From Candidatus Multivoradales bacterium (GTDB lineage Bacteria; Acidobacteriota; Thermoanaerobaculia; Multivoradales; JAHEKO01): a stretch of DNA of 64,000 nt. The position numbers and the translations under genes were made by a program. A model generated the notes under the pieces. It had not been told where the DNA came from. It ran no database searches and was given only the letters and a program-made list of their open reading frames with translations. Below are positions 47,132 to 56,483 of this stretch, piece by piece. The stretch covers positions 480,001 to 544,000 of the forward strand of contig CBDCVR010000015.1 of assembly GCA_965223155.1 (NCBI GenBank), in the 5' to 3' direction. The number at the start of each line of letters is the position of its first letter. Position 1 is the stretch's first letter.

Positions 47132-48004
47132 CTAGGGAGCGGACGCCGCGGCGTCCGTGGTCTCAGCCACGGCATCGCCCTGCTCCGGCTCAGGTTCGAG
47201 CTCGGGCTCGGGCTCGGGCACGAACCGGTCCTGAGCCGCCAGCCAAGCGTCGAAGCCGCCCTCTTCGTGGACGGTCAGAAAGCCCCGCATGCGGTAGTGG
47301 CCGAGCCCGCAGAGCTGAGCACAGGCGATCTCCCAGCAGCTCTTGTCCGCGGCGCAGGCCGGAAACGCGGCTTCCGCCGGGGTCGGCGTCTTGGCGGTGA
47401 AGTGAACCGGAATCTCCTGGCCCGGAATGGCGTCCTGCTTGACGCGCATGACCGGCAGAGAAAAGCTGTGGATCACGTCCTTGGTCCCCAAGCGAATCGT
47501 AATCGGCCGGTTGACCGGCAGGTGGAGCTGGTTGATCGAGACCACGTCATCGGCGGCGTGAGGATCCTCGGCGTCCAGCCCGAGCGGGTTGGTGCTCGCC
47601 GAGACCAGCTCGGGCGCGCTCCGTCCGAAGACGCCGTCGGGCCCGGGGTAGTGGACGTTCCAGGCGAACTGCTCGCCGATGACCCTGACAACCACCGGGT
47701 TGTCTTCGGGAGCGTGAGGCGTCACCCACTTGGCCCAAGCCGGGATCGAAAAGCCGATGAGCGCCACCGCTTCGACCACTACCACCCCGACTTCCAGCCA
47801 GGTCGAGAAATGAGACTTCACACCGGTGTAACTGGCCTTGGGATTGCGGCTGGCCCGGAAACGAAACAGCACGTAGAGGAAGTACAGTCCCCAACCGACG
47901 AACAAGACCAGCATGAGCCAGTGCATGAGCGCGTTGAGCGCGTCCAGCTCGCCGCCGTGGGTCGATGCGTCGATCGGCATCCAGCGGGCCAAGAAATCCT
48001 TCAT
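47132..48004 (-). CDS. coxB: Cytochrome c oxidase subunit II
   Basis: QFAWNVHY, DVIHSF, KQDAIPG, CuA motif CAQLCGLGHYRM. Confidence 0.93.
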   Translation of the reverse strand: MKDFLARWMPIDASTHGGELDALNALMHWLMLVLFVGWGLYFLYVLFRFRASRNPKASYTGVKSHFSTWLEVGVVVVEAVALIGFSIPAWAKWVTPHAPEDNPVVVRVIGEQFAWNVHYPGPDGVFGRSAPELVSASTNPLGLDAEDPHAADDVVSINQLHLPVNRPITIRLGTKDVIHSFSLPVMRVKQDAIPGQEIPVHFTAKTPTPAEAAFPACAADKSCWEIACAQLCGLGHYRMRGFLTVHEEGGFDAWLAAQDRFVPEPEPELEPEPEQGDAVAETTDAAASAP

Positions 48005-48289
48005 CTACCTGCCTCCCTCTAACAAATGAAACCGCTCGCGGTGCCGCTTGAGCCGCCGGCTGCGAAACCAGATCGATCCAAAGAGCGCCACGAAGCCGAC
48101 CTGGACCAGGCCCACGATCGCCAGTAGCGTCAGAATCCCGTTGTTCATCCCCGAGGTCATGTCCGACTCCGCGCCGCCGAAGCAAACCGCGCAGGCCTGG
48201 ACGGCCTCAGGAGCCGCCAAACCCGTGAGTGCGGCCAGTGCCAGTGCCAGAGGCAGGCCCGGTCGAAACCCATTCCTCCGACCGCTCAT
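48005..48289 (-). CDS. Small CxxC membrane protein in the oxidase operon
   Basis: Signal peptide, then ACAVCFG, then one TM helix; abuts coxB. Confidence 0.75.
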   Translation of the reverse strand: MSGRRNGFRPGLPLALALAALTGLAAPEAVQACAVCFGGAESDMTSGMNNGILTLLAIVGLVQVGFVALFGSIWFRSRRLKRHRERFHLLEGGR

Positions 48290-48294
48290 CGCTT

Positions 48295-48495
48295 CTACCC
48301 CAGCTCCGCCAGCTTCTTCGCGACCCGGAAACCGTAGACGATGAGTCCGGCTCCGAGGACGAAACTCGTAGCCGCGAGACCAACGCCAAGAGCGCTGCCG
48401 CGTGCGAGGTATTCGTGGGTGCCCCAGGCGCCAACGCCGAGGCTCATCACGACCGAAACCGCGACGAAAACGATGTGAAACGCCCTCAGCGACAC
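48295..48495 (-). CDS. Small 2-TM membrane protein in the oxidase operon
   Basis: MSLRAFHIVF with two hydrophobic helices; tight operon spacing. Confidence 0.75.
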   Translation of the reverse strand: MSLRAFHIVFVAVSVVMSLGVGAWGTHEYLARGSALGVGLAATSFVLGAGLIVYGFRVAKKLAELG

Positions 48496-48496
48496 G

Positions 48497-48805
48497 CTAG
48501 CCCCCGATGGCGGTCGAATCCAGGCGCCCGCCGGAGGGCCCGAACATGAGCACCACGAAGAAGACGGCGGTCAGGATCAGCAAGGCGTAGATGGCCTGCT
48601 TCTCCGAGATGAGGTGCATGAACACCCCGGCCACCAGGCCGCCCTTGAGCATCGCGATCGCCAGGGCCACGGCCACGGCCGCCCCCGCCGACAGATCCAG
48701 ATAGCTGACCGCGACCGTGATGATCGTCAAGAAGAAAAGCGCCAGTCCGACGACCCAGTACTTTCGAACCTCGCCCCGAATCTCTTCGGCTGTGTGTCCG
48801 CCCAT
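48497..48805 (-). CDS. Cytochrome c oxidase subunit IV (prokaryotic COX4 family)
   Basis: LTIITV and IAMLKGGLVAGVFMHL; three TM helices. Confidence 0.88.
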   Translation of the reverse strand: MGGHTAEEIRGEVRKYWVVGLALFFLTIITVAVSYLDLSAGAAVAVALAIAMLKGGLVAGVFMHLISEKQAIYALLILTAVFFVVLMFGPSGGRLDSTAIGG

Positions 48806-48814
48806 CGATGCCCC

Positions 48815-49459
48815 CTACAGAAGATAAAGCGTCGGAAACAGGAAGATCCAAACCAGATCCACGAAGTGCCAGTAGAGACCCGCGGTCTCGATCCGGTTGA
48901 CGAACCGCTGCGGCTCGGAGTGCCACATCTTGGCCCCGGGTCCCCAGAGGTACAGAAACACGATGAGGCCGCCGATGACGTGAAGCGCGTGGAGGCCCGT
49001 CATGGTGAAGTAGATGCCGAGGAAGTTGCTGGTCTCGGGATAGAGGTGGTGCGAGAACTTGCTCGAGTACTCGATGGTCTTGATGATCATGAACCCGAAG
49101 GCACACAGAATCGTCAGTCCCATCCACATCCGGAACTTCGAAAACTCCTTGAGCCGGAGCGATGCCCAGGCCATGACCACGGTCACACTGGAGAAGATGA
49201 GCACCAGGGTGTTGACGAACGCCAGCGGCACGTTGAGCTGGCTCGACCACGAATGGGCGCCGTCGTGGCCCAGATGGAGAGCCTCGGCCAGGTCGTGCGA
49301 AACGGTCATGAACGCCGGATCGCCCGTGCGTAGCAAGACGTACGAAGAAAAGAGCGCACCGAAGAGCATGACCTCGGACGCCAGAAACAGCCAGATACCC
49401 AGCTTGGCGTTGTAGAGGCCGGTCTCGGGCCGCTCGTCGACGGTGTAGGGGATCTGCAT
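48815..49459 (-). CDS. coxC: Cytochrome c oxidase subunit III
   Basis: [31 protein letters not shown]. Confidence 0.95.
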   Translation of the reverse strand: MQIPYTVDERPETGLYNAKLGIWLFLASEVMLFGALFSSYVLLRTGDPAFMTVSHDLAEALHLGHDGAHSWSSQLNVPLAFVNTLVLIFSSVTVVMAWASLRLKEFSKFRMWMGLTILCAFGFMIIKTIEYSSKFSHHLYPETSNFLGIYFTMTGLHALHVIGGLIVFLYLWGPGAKMWHSEPQRFVNRIETAGLYWHFVDLVWIFLFPTLYLL

Positions 49460-49462
49460 CGC

Positions 49463-51250
49463 CTAGCCCTCCTGCCCGGACGCCGCGTCGGGCGCGTTCT
49501 GCGGGAAGAAATCGTCCTCCCGGCCGGGAACGCTGTACTCGTACGGGCCGCGGTGCACCACCGGCTCCGACGGAAAGTTGCCGTGCCCCACCGGCGGAGA
49601 CGGCGCCGCCACCCACTCGAGCGTGGTCGCGCCCCAGGGATTGGCGCCGACTTTCTCGCCCTTCTTGATCGACCAGAAGAGATTGATGATGAACGGCACC
49701 TGCGCCGCCAGCAGGCAGAAGGCCGAGATGGACATGAACTCGTTCCAGTGCAAGACCTCCTGGGCGTGAGCGTACTGCTCGCCGCCGTCCCAGAGGCGGC
49801 GCGAGACGCCGGCCAGACCCTGGAGGAACATGGGCATGAAGATGCCATTGATGAACAGGAACGAGGGCCAGAAGTGGAGCTTGCCCAGGAAATCGCTCAT
49901 CTTGCGGCCGGTGATCTTCGGGAACCAGTAGTAGATGCCGGCGAAGATCGCGAAGATCGTGCCCGGCGCCACTACGTAGTGGAAATGCCCGATGACGTAG
50001 TAGGTGTCGTGAAGATGAATATCGGACGCCGACAGGCCCAATGGCAGGCCGGTGAGGCCGCCGATCCCGAACATGGGCAAGAAGGCCAGCGCGAAGAGCA
50101 TCGGTGTCGTAAACCGGATCGAGCCGCCCCAGAGCGAGATCAAGAGTGCCGAGAGGATGACGACCGAAGGCACCGAGATGATCATGGTGGTGGTCTGGAA
50201 GAACGAGCTGATGCTCGTCCCCATCCCGGTCAGGAACATGTGGTGGGCCCAGACGATGAACGACATGAAGCCCAGGAAGATGGACGCGTAGACCATCGAC
50301 TTGTAGCCCCAGAGCGGCTTCCTGGTGTTGTTGGCGATGACCTCGGCGACGATGCCCAGCGCCGGCAGGATCAGGACGTAGACCTCGGGATGGGCCAGGA
50401 ACCAGAAAAGATGCTGCCAGAGAAGCGGGCTGCCGCCGCCGGCGACCTCCAGCACTTCCCCGCTCACCACCAGGCCGGCCGGGCTGAAGAAGCTCGTGCC
50501 CAGCACTCGATCGGCAAGCTGGAAGATGCCCGCGGCCTCGAGCGGCGGAAACGCCAACAGAAGCAGGAACGAAGTCACGAGCTGCGCCCAGACGAAGAAG
50601 GGTAGTCGCATCCAGGTCAGCCCCTTGGCGCGAAGCTGGAAGATGGTCACGATGAAGTTGACCGAGCCCAGAAGCGACGACGTGATCAAGAAGATCATCC
50701 CGACGAGCCACCAGGTCTGCCCCTCGGTGGCGATCGTCGAGAGCGGCGGATAGGAGGTCCAGCCCGAGTTGGCCGCACCGCCGGGAACGAAAAAGCTGGC
50801 CAGCATGATGAGCCCGCCCAGCAGATAGCACCAGTAGCTCGCCATGTTGAGCTTCGGGAAGGCCATGTCCGGCGCGCCGATCTGTAGGGGCACCACGTAG
50901 TTGCCGTAGGCGCCCACCAGGAGCGGCACGACGGCCAGAAAGACCATGATCGTGCCGTGCATGGCACCGAGCTGGTTGTAGAACTCGGGCAGCATGATGC
51001 CGCCGGGAGCGTTGGCGTCGCCCAGAAGCCCTCCCAGAATCGGGATCGCCTTGCCCGGGTACGCCAACTGCCAGCGCATCAGGATCATCAGCCCGAAGCC
51101 GAAGAGCAGGAAGAACAGCGCGGTGAAGGCATACTGGAGGCCGATCACCTTGTGATCCTGGGAGAAGATGTACCTCCGCCAGAACGGCTCCTCGGGATGA
51201 TGATGGTGTTCTTCGTGCGCCTCTTCGGGAGGCTTCTCCAGTACGCTCAT
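49463..51250 (-). CDS. coxA: Cytochrome c oxidase subunit I (A1 type)
   Basis: DHKVIG, MHGTIM, HPEVY, VWAHHM, HDTYYVIGHFHY. Start reset to ATG 51250. Confidence 0.97.
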   Translation of the reverse strand: MSVLEKPPEEAHEEHHHHPEEPFWRRYIFSQDHKVIGLQYAFTALFFLLFGFGLMILMRWQLAYPGKAIPILGGLLGDANAPGGIMLPEFYNQLGAMHGTIMVFLAVVPLLVGAYGNYVVPLQIGAPDMAFPKLNMASYWCYLLGGLIMLASFFVPGGAANSGWTSYPPLSTIATEGQTWWLVGMIFLITSSLLGSVNFIVTIFQLRAKGLTWMRLPFFVWAQLVTSFLLLLAFPPLEAAGIFQLADRVLGTSFFSPAGLVVSGEVLEVAGGGSPLLWQHLFWFLAHPEVYVLILPALGIVAEVIANNTRKPLWGYKSMVYASIFLGFMSFIVWAHHMFLTGMGTSISSFFQTTTMIISVPSVVILSALLISLWGGSIRFTTPMLFALAFLPMFGIGGLTGLPLGLSASDIHLHDTYYVIGHFHYVVAPGTIFAIFAGIYYWFPKITGRKMSDFLGKLHFWPSFLFINGIFMPMFLQGLAGVSRRLWDGGEQYAHAQEVLHWNEFMSISAFCLLAAQVPFIINLFWSIKKGEKVGANPWGATTLEWVAAPSPPVGHGNFPSEPVVHRGPYEYSVPGREDDFFPQNAPDAASGQEG

Positions 51251-51521
51251 GCGCAGTCCCTCAGCAGTGGATACAAGTAAAGCAGCAGGGCGGCTCGGAG
51301 CGGCCGCCCCGCGCAAGGTCTGGACTGACCGACATTGGCGCGGAGTTTACGATAAGGGTCGGGCCGCGGCAAGAACACCGGAGGCTTCGAAAGCGGTCGC
51401 TCGGCGCCCGGGGCGGCGGCCGCCGGCCCGAGCCCACTACCCAGGGCGTCGGCGACCGGTCGACAGTGCGGTACGCTCCACCGAGCGGCTTCGAGCTGGC
51501 CGCGTACTAGGAGGGAATGGC

Positions 51522-53180
51522 ATGCCCCACCGGCATCCCCGTCTGCGTCTTCTTCTAATCACAACCGTCCTCGCGGTCGCGCTCGGCGGGATCCAGACCG
51601 GGCCGGTCTGCGGACAGCCCGGGCCGAAGGAACGCTGGCTCCAGATCCAGACCGACCACTTCGAGATCTATTCGAACGCGCCAGAAGGCAAGACCTCCGA
51701 GGTAGCGGACGATCTGCTCGCCCTACGCGAAGCCTTTTCCGCGCTCGGGGTTCGGCTGGAGACCATCCGGCACACGCCGCTGACGCTCGTGCTCTTCAAG
51801 AATCAGGAAGCGTTGGACCCGTACCTGCCCCGACCGGCCGAGCGCGGCAAGATCACCGCCTACTTCGTCCGTACCGGCCCCCACCGTTCTTACGTGCTGC
51901 TGAATGGGATGCTCCGACCCGACGAGCTGCGGCCCATCGCCTATGAAGCCTATTCCCGATTCCTGATCCGGGCCGCCTATCCAGGATTCCCGGACTGGCT
52001 CAGGCGAGGCATGGCCGACCTCTACGGAACGACGACGATCGACAAGAAGGGTCGCATCCGGCTGGGGATGCCCAAGGCGCGGCATCTCGAGACCATCGGC
52101 CGCTACCAACTCATGTCGCTCAAGCACTTCTTGGCCCTCAATCCGGACTCGCTCAGCGACCGTCATCAGCGGGATCTCCACCGCGCCCAGTCCTGGCTCA
52201 TCGCCCATCATCTTGTGATCGGTGGTGGTCCGCTGGCGGGCGCCTTCTTCCAGGGTCTTCTGGACGGCCAGGGCGAGGAAGCGGCGCTTGGCAGCGCCTT
52301 TCAGATGAATCTCGACGCCTTCTCGGATCGACTCGGACAGTACCTCCACGGCGCCACCATGCCCATCGTCACCCACGCGATCGAGGGCTATCAGAAGCCC
52401 AGGGCCGAAGTCCGGTCCCTGGCCCTCGAGGAGGCCACCTACCTCCTGGCCTCCTACCTCGTGAACAGCGGCGGCAAAGCCCCGGCCGAGCTTGTCCGGG
52501 ACCACCTGGAAGCCCTTCCGGATGGTTTTCGACCTGGAGACCGCGCGGCGCTCGGCGGGCAACTGGCCCTCGAAGCCGGCGATCGGGACCGTGCCGGCAC
52601 ACTCTTCGAACAGGCGCTCGCCGCCGGCATTCGCGACGCCATCAACGGCTACAACGCCGCCCGGTACTGGAGAGACAGCGCCTCGGGTCTAGCCCGCGAC
52701 GCTCTGGAGCGCGCCGTGGCCTTGGACGAGGGCTTTACCGCCGCCTGGTCGCAACTGGCGATGCTCTACGACCCGGAGCAAGAGGGCGAGGCTCTGGTCG
52801 AAGCCGCGACCCGCGCCCTCGTGCTCGACCCCGAAAGCGAGGTTCTGGCCTACAACCTGGCCCTCGCGTACCTGAGCCAGAACGATCTGGACGCCGCCCA
52901 GTCCGCCGTAGACCGGTACCTGGCGCGGCCGAGCATGCTTCGCGATCGAGCCCAGGCCGCCATTGCCATGCGCTCCGGTGCGGCCGCTCGCGCCGAACAC
53001 ACCGAGCTCTACAACCAAGCGGTATCGAAAGCGAATGGCGGCGACCGCGAGGGGGCCTGCGCCGCGCTGGCCGCGCTCCTCGCCGAGCCGAGCCTCGGAC
53101 CGAAACTGGCCAAACCGGCACGCGGAATCTTCGACCAGCTCGCCTGCTCCGACCAGCAGCCGGTACCCCGCTACAATTGA
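51522..53180 (+). CDS. Exported DUF1570-like (degenerate gluzincin) plus TPR protein
   Basis: Signal peptide; WLQIQTDHFEIYSNA, PDWLRRGMAD, AQSWLIAHHL; TPRs; GGAGGG SD before ATG 51522. Confidence 0.72.
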   Translation: MPHRHPRLRLLLITTVLAVALGGIQTGPVCGQPGPKERWLQIQTDHFEIYSNAPEGKTSEVADDLLALREAFSALGVRLETIRHTPLTLVLFKNQEALDPYLPRPAERGKITAYFVRTGPHRSYVLLNGMLRPDELRPIAYEAYSRFLIRAAYPGFPDWLRRGMADLYGTTTIDKKGRIRLGMPKARHLETIGRYQLMSLKHFLALNPDSLSDRHQRDLHRAQSWLIAHHLVIGGGPLAGAFFQGLLDGQGEEAALGSAFQMNLDAFSDRLGQYLHGATMPIVTHAIEGYQKPRAEVRSLALEEATYLLASYLVNSGGKAPAELVRDHLEALPDGFRPGDRAALGGQLALEAGDRDRAGTLFEQALAAGIRDAINGYNAARYWRDSASGLARDALERAVALDEGFTAAWSQLAMLYDPEQEGEALVEAATRALVLDPESEVLAYNLALAYLSQNDLDAAQSAVDRYLARPSMLRDRAQAAIAMRSGAAARAEHTELYNQAVSKANGGDREGACAALAALLAEPSLGPKLAKPARGIFDQLACSDQQPVPRYN

Positions 53181-53186
53181 GGGCTC

Positions 53187-53999
53187 GTGCCCGCCCCAAC
53201 CGCGTCTTTGCCGGACGCCGATCGCAGGACTCGCAAGGACTCACCCGAGCTATCGATCGTCGTTCCTATTTCCAACGAACTCGAGAGTCTCGAGCCTCTG
53301 GTGGACGAGATCGCCGGCGCGATATCCAGAACCCATAACTGGGAGCTGTTGCTAGTGGACGACGGCAGCAGCGATGGCTCACTCGAGCGAATGACGGCTC
53401 TCGCCAAGCGGATCCCGGAGATCCGGATCATCCATCATCCCCAGAACCTGGGCCAGTCCGCAGCTCTAGCATCAGGCTTCGCTCGCGTTCGCGGCCGAAT
53501 CGTGATTACGTTGGACGGCGACCTTCAGAACGATCCTGCCGACATTCCGATGTTGCTGGCGGAGCTTGACGGTTGCGACGTCGTCTGTGGCGTCCGCCGC
53601 CGGCGCCAAGACCGCTGGCCCAAGCGAGCCGCGTCGCGAGTCGCCAACCGCGTCCGCAACTTCGTCACCGGCGAATCGATCGAAGACGTCGGGTGTTCAC
53701 TACGAGCCTACCGCGCCGAGGTGTTGACCGGACTTCGTCCCTTTGACGGGATGCACCGATTCCTGCCGACCCTGCTGAAGCTCAACGGAGCCCGGGTCCG
53801 GCAGCTCCCGGTCAGCCACCGCCCGCGCAGATTCGGCGCCAGCAAGTACGGCATCGCAAACCGGCTTTGCCGCAGCTTGGTAGATCTAGCCGGCGTCGTC
53901 TGGTTACAGCACCGCTGGATCGATCTCTCTCTGGCCCGCGAGATGCCAACAGCCCGGGAACCGGCGCCTTCGCCATCCGTTCACCGCCACCTCGGGTAA
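53187..53999 (+). CDS. GT2 polyprenol-phosphate glycosyltransferase (ArnC/DPM-like)
   Basis: LSIVVP..NE, VDDGSSDGS, LDGDLQNDP, MHRFLP, HRPRRFGASKY. Confidence 0.92.
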   Translation: MPAPTASLPDADRRTRKDSPELSIVVPISNELESLEPLVDEIAGAISRTHNWELLLVDDGSSDGSLERMTALAKRIPEIRIIHHPQNLGQSAALASGFARVRGRIVITLDGDLQNDPADIPMLLAELDGCDVVCGVRRRRQDRWPKRAASRVANRVRNFVTGESIEDVGCSLRAYRAEVLTGLRPFDGMHRFLPTLLKLNGARVRQLPVSHRPRRFGASKYGIANRLCRSLVDLAGVVWLQHRWIDLSLAREMPTAREPAPSPSVHRHLG

Positions 54000-54009
54000 A
54001 CCCCACGAA

Positions 54010-54312
54010 ATGGAGTCGCAAATGTCGTCCGACCCCTACTGGCTCTCCATCGGCTTTGCCGGACAGGCGTGCTTCTTCACCAGATTCCTGGTGCAATGGA
54101 TTGCCTCGGAACGGCAGAGACAAAGTGTCATTCCGGTGGCCTTCTGGTACTTGAGTCTCGTCGGGGGATTGACGCTACTCGCCTACGCAATTCACCGGCG
54201 TGACCCAGTCTTCATCGCCGGGCAGGCAGTGGGCTTCTTGGTCTACAGCCGCAATCTCTGGTTTCTCCGTCGCGATCAAGGCGCGGCAACGGAGACAGCG
54301 GCGCGATCCTAG
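54010..54312 (+). CDS. Lipid-A-disaccharide synthase N-terminal (LAB_N) domain membrane protein
   Basis: GFAGQACFFTRFLVQWIASE..SVIPVAFWYLS..DPVFIAGQ..YSRNL. Confidence 0.9.
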   Translation: MESQMSSDPYWLSIGFAGQACFFTRFLVQWIASERQRQSVIPVAFWYLSLVGGLTLLAYAIHRRDPVFIAGQAVGFLVYSRNLWFLRRDQGAATETAARS

Positions 54313-54316
54313 CCGC

Positions 54317-55477
54317 TTACTCGAGCGCTCGATCCAGATCTTCCAGAAGCTCGTCCAAGTCCTCGATTCCTACCGACATGCGCACCAGATCGGAAGTGAT
54401 CTCGAGGGCGACGCGCTGCTCATCGGCAAGCCCGAAGTGCGAACTTCGCGCGGGGCGTACCACCAAGCTCTCGAGCCCGCCCAGGCTGGCCGCGTGGAGC
54501 GGGATTCGGACCCTGTCCAAGAACCGCTCAGCCGCCTCTTCGCCGCCCAGATAGAACGACAGCATGCCCGAGTACCCGGTGAAGAGCTCGCTGGCGAAGC
54601 CGTGCCCCGGATCGGAAGGGAGTCCGGGGTAGCGAACCCGCGCCACGGCGGAATGCTCATCCAGAAAGCGAGCCACGGCCAGCCCGTTCCGGTTGTGCCG
54701 CTCGACCCGCAGCGCCAGCGTCTTGAGTCCCCGTTCCAGCAGGAAGCAGGCGTGGGCGTCCGCCGAGCCTCCGGTGTGGATGAGCAGGCCGCGCACCCGA
54801 TCGACGGTATCGGCCGAACCGACCACCACTCCGGCGACCAGATCGCTGTGCCCGTTGAGGTACTTCGAAGCGCTGTGGAGGACGACGTCGAAACCGATCT
54901 CGAGCGGCCGGAAGTTGACCGGGGTCGCAAAGGTGTTGTCGATGACCGAGACCAGGCCGTGCTCGCGAGCGAAGCGGGCCACGGCCGTCAGATCACCGAC
55001 GCCCATGAGCGGGTTCGAGATGGCCTCGACGTAGACCAGCCGGGTCTCGTCCCGAAGCGCTTCCTTCCAGGTCTCGGGCCGAGCGACGTCGATTGACGTG
55101 TGCTCGATGCCGAACCGGGAGGCATCGTGGTCCAGGAAGCCCTGGGTGCCCCCGTAGAGGGCATTCTGCGCCAGCACGTGGTCGCCCCGGCCGGCGAAGG
55201 CCAGGATGGTCGTGGAGATCGCGGCCATGCCGCTGGCGGTGACCAGGCCCGCCTCGCCGCCTTCGATCGCCGCCAAGCGCTTGTGCAGCTGCCGGTGAGT
55301 CGGCGAGTTGGACAGCCGCAAGTAGCGAATCTCGTCGTAGGCGGCCTCATCTTCCATCAGATAGTTGGCGGTCTGAAAGATGGGTGAGACCACCGCGCCT
55401 CCCGTCCGCGGCCGCGGAGCCCCGGCGTGCACGAGATTCGTCGCCAGTGTCTTGAATCGTCCAGTGGAATCGGTCAT
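54317..55477 (-). CDS. PLP-dependent trans-sulfuration enzyme (cystathionine/methionine gamma-lyase family)
   Basis: SGMAAI, LYGGT, DNTFATP, HSASKYLNGHSD, SLGGLES, RMSVGIED. Confidence 0.93.
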   Translation of the reverse strand: MTDSTGRFKTLATNLVHAGAPRPRTGGAVVSPIFQTANYLMEDEAAYDEIRYLRLSNSPTHRQLHKRLAAIEGGEAGLVTASGMAAISTTILAFAGRGDHVLAQNALYGGTQGFLDHDASRFGIEHTSIDVARPETWKEALRDETRLVYVEAISNPLMGVGDLTAVARFAREHGLVSVIDNTFATPVNFRPLEIGFDVVLHSASKYLNGHSDLVAGVVVGSADTVDRVRGLLIHTGGSADAHACFLLERGLKTLALRVERHNRNGLAVARFLDEHSAVARVRYPGLPSDPGHGFASELFTGYSGMLSFYLGGEEAAERFLDRVRIPLHAASLGGLESLVVRPARSSHFGLADEQRVALEITSDLVRMSVGIEDLDELLEDLDRALE

Positions 55478-55544
55478 GGCAGGGCCCTCCAAGAGATAGT
55501 CAGCCGGTCGTTCGCACGACCGTCTTGACTTCTACCACGAGCCG

Positions 55545-56483
55545 CTAGGTCAAGCGATCCAGCAACAACCCGGCAAAAAGCGCGGGCAGGTAGAGCACTG
55601 AAACGAGCATGAGCCGGCGCGCGCTGGCCCGCTCGGGGGCGCGGGCGAAGGACACGGTAGCGGCCAGGAAGACGGCACCCAGAGCCAGAGCGCCCAGGAG
55701 ATACCCGCTGCCGGCGAGGCCCAGCGCTGTCGGCAGGAGGCTTACCGGCAGCAAGGCCACCGCGTACATCAGAGCCTGGCGCGAGGTCGACTTGCCGTCC
55801 GGGTGAATGACCGGGAGCATCGGGAAGCCGGCCCGCGCGTAGTCGTGCCGGCACAGCCACGCGATCGCCAGAAAATGCGGCAGTTGCCAAAGAAACAGGA
55901 TGGCAAAGAGCGCCCACGCGCCGGCGCCGAGCGCGCCTCGAGCCGCAGTCCAGCCCATGACCGGCGGCAGCGCCCCGGGCACCGCGCCCACCAAGGTCGC
56001 CAGCGAAGACACCCGCTTGAGCGGGGTATAGACCCAGACGTAGCTGACGAAGGCCAAGACCGCCAGACCCGCGGTCAGCGTATTGACCCAGAACCAGAGG
56101 GCGAGGACCCCAAAGCTTCCGGCAGAGACGCCCAGCGCCATCGCCCAGCCCGGACTCAGCCGACCGGCGGGCAGCGGCCGGTCGCGGGTCCGTTCCATCT
56201 TGGCGTCCAGATGGCGCTCGCCGTGGTGGTTGAGCGCCGACGCGCCCGCCGAGACCAGCGCCGTCCCCACGACCGTCCACACCAGCCGCGGCCAGTCGAT
56301 CTCGGCTCTCGAACCCAGGACGAAGCCCATCGCCGCGGTTACGGCGACCAGGAACGTGATTCGGGGCTTGGTGAGCTGATAGAAATCCCAGGCCCGGCCC
56401 CGGTCGTCTTGACTCGGGTCTGTCGGGCTCGGGTCTGTCGGGCTCAAGCCGGGCCGATCCGGATCGTCGGCGCGATCGCTCAC
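55545..56483 (-). CDS. ctaB: Protoheme IX farnesyltransferase (heme O synthase)
   Basis: LTKPRI, DAKMERTRDRPLP, YTPLKR, GALPP, WQLPHF, DYARAG. Confidence 0.95.
   Translation of the reverse strand: MSDRADDPDRPGLSPTDPSPTDPSQDDRGRAWDFYQLTKPRITFLVAVTAAMGFVLGSRAEIDWPRLVWTVVGTALVSAGASALNHHGERHLDAKMERTRDRPLPAGRLSPGWAMALGVSAGSFGVLALWFWVNTLTAGLAVLAFVSYVWVYTPLKRVSSLATLVGAVPGALPPVMGWTAARGALGAGAWALFAILFLWQLPHFLAIAWLCRHDYARAGFPMLPVIHPDGKSTSRQALMYAVALLPVSLLPTALGLAGSGYLLGALALGAVFLAATVSFARAPERASARRLMLVSVLYLPALFAGLLLDRLT

Noticed and set aside
47180-47220. CTCGGG hexamer repeats
   Set aside because: They encode the PEPEPE low-complexity tail of CoxB.
48486-50831. 781-aa minus-strand ORF overlapping coxA/coxC
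   Set aside because: Alternative frame with Arg/Pro/Gly-rich composition, while the cox frames carry all conserved motifs.
56413-56445. 15-bp tandem repeat in the ctaB 5' region
   Set aside because: In-frame SPTDP duplication in a disordered N-terminus.
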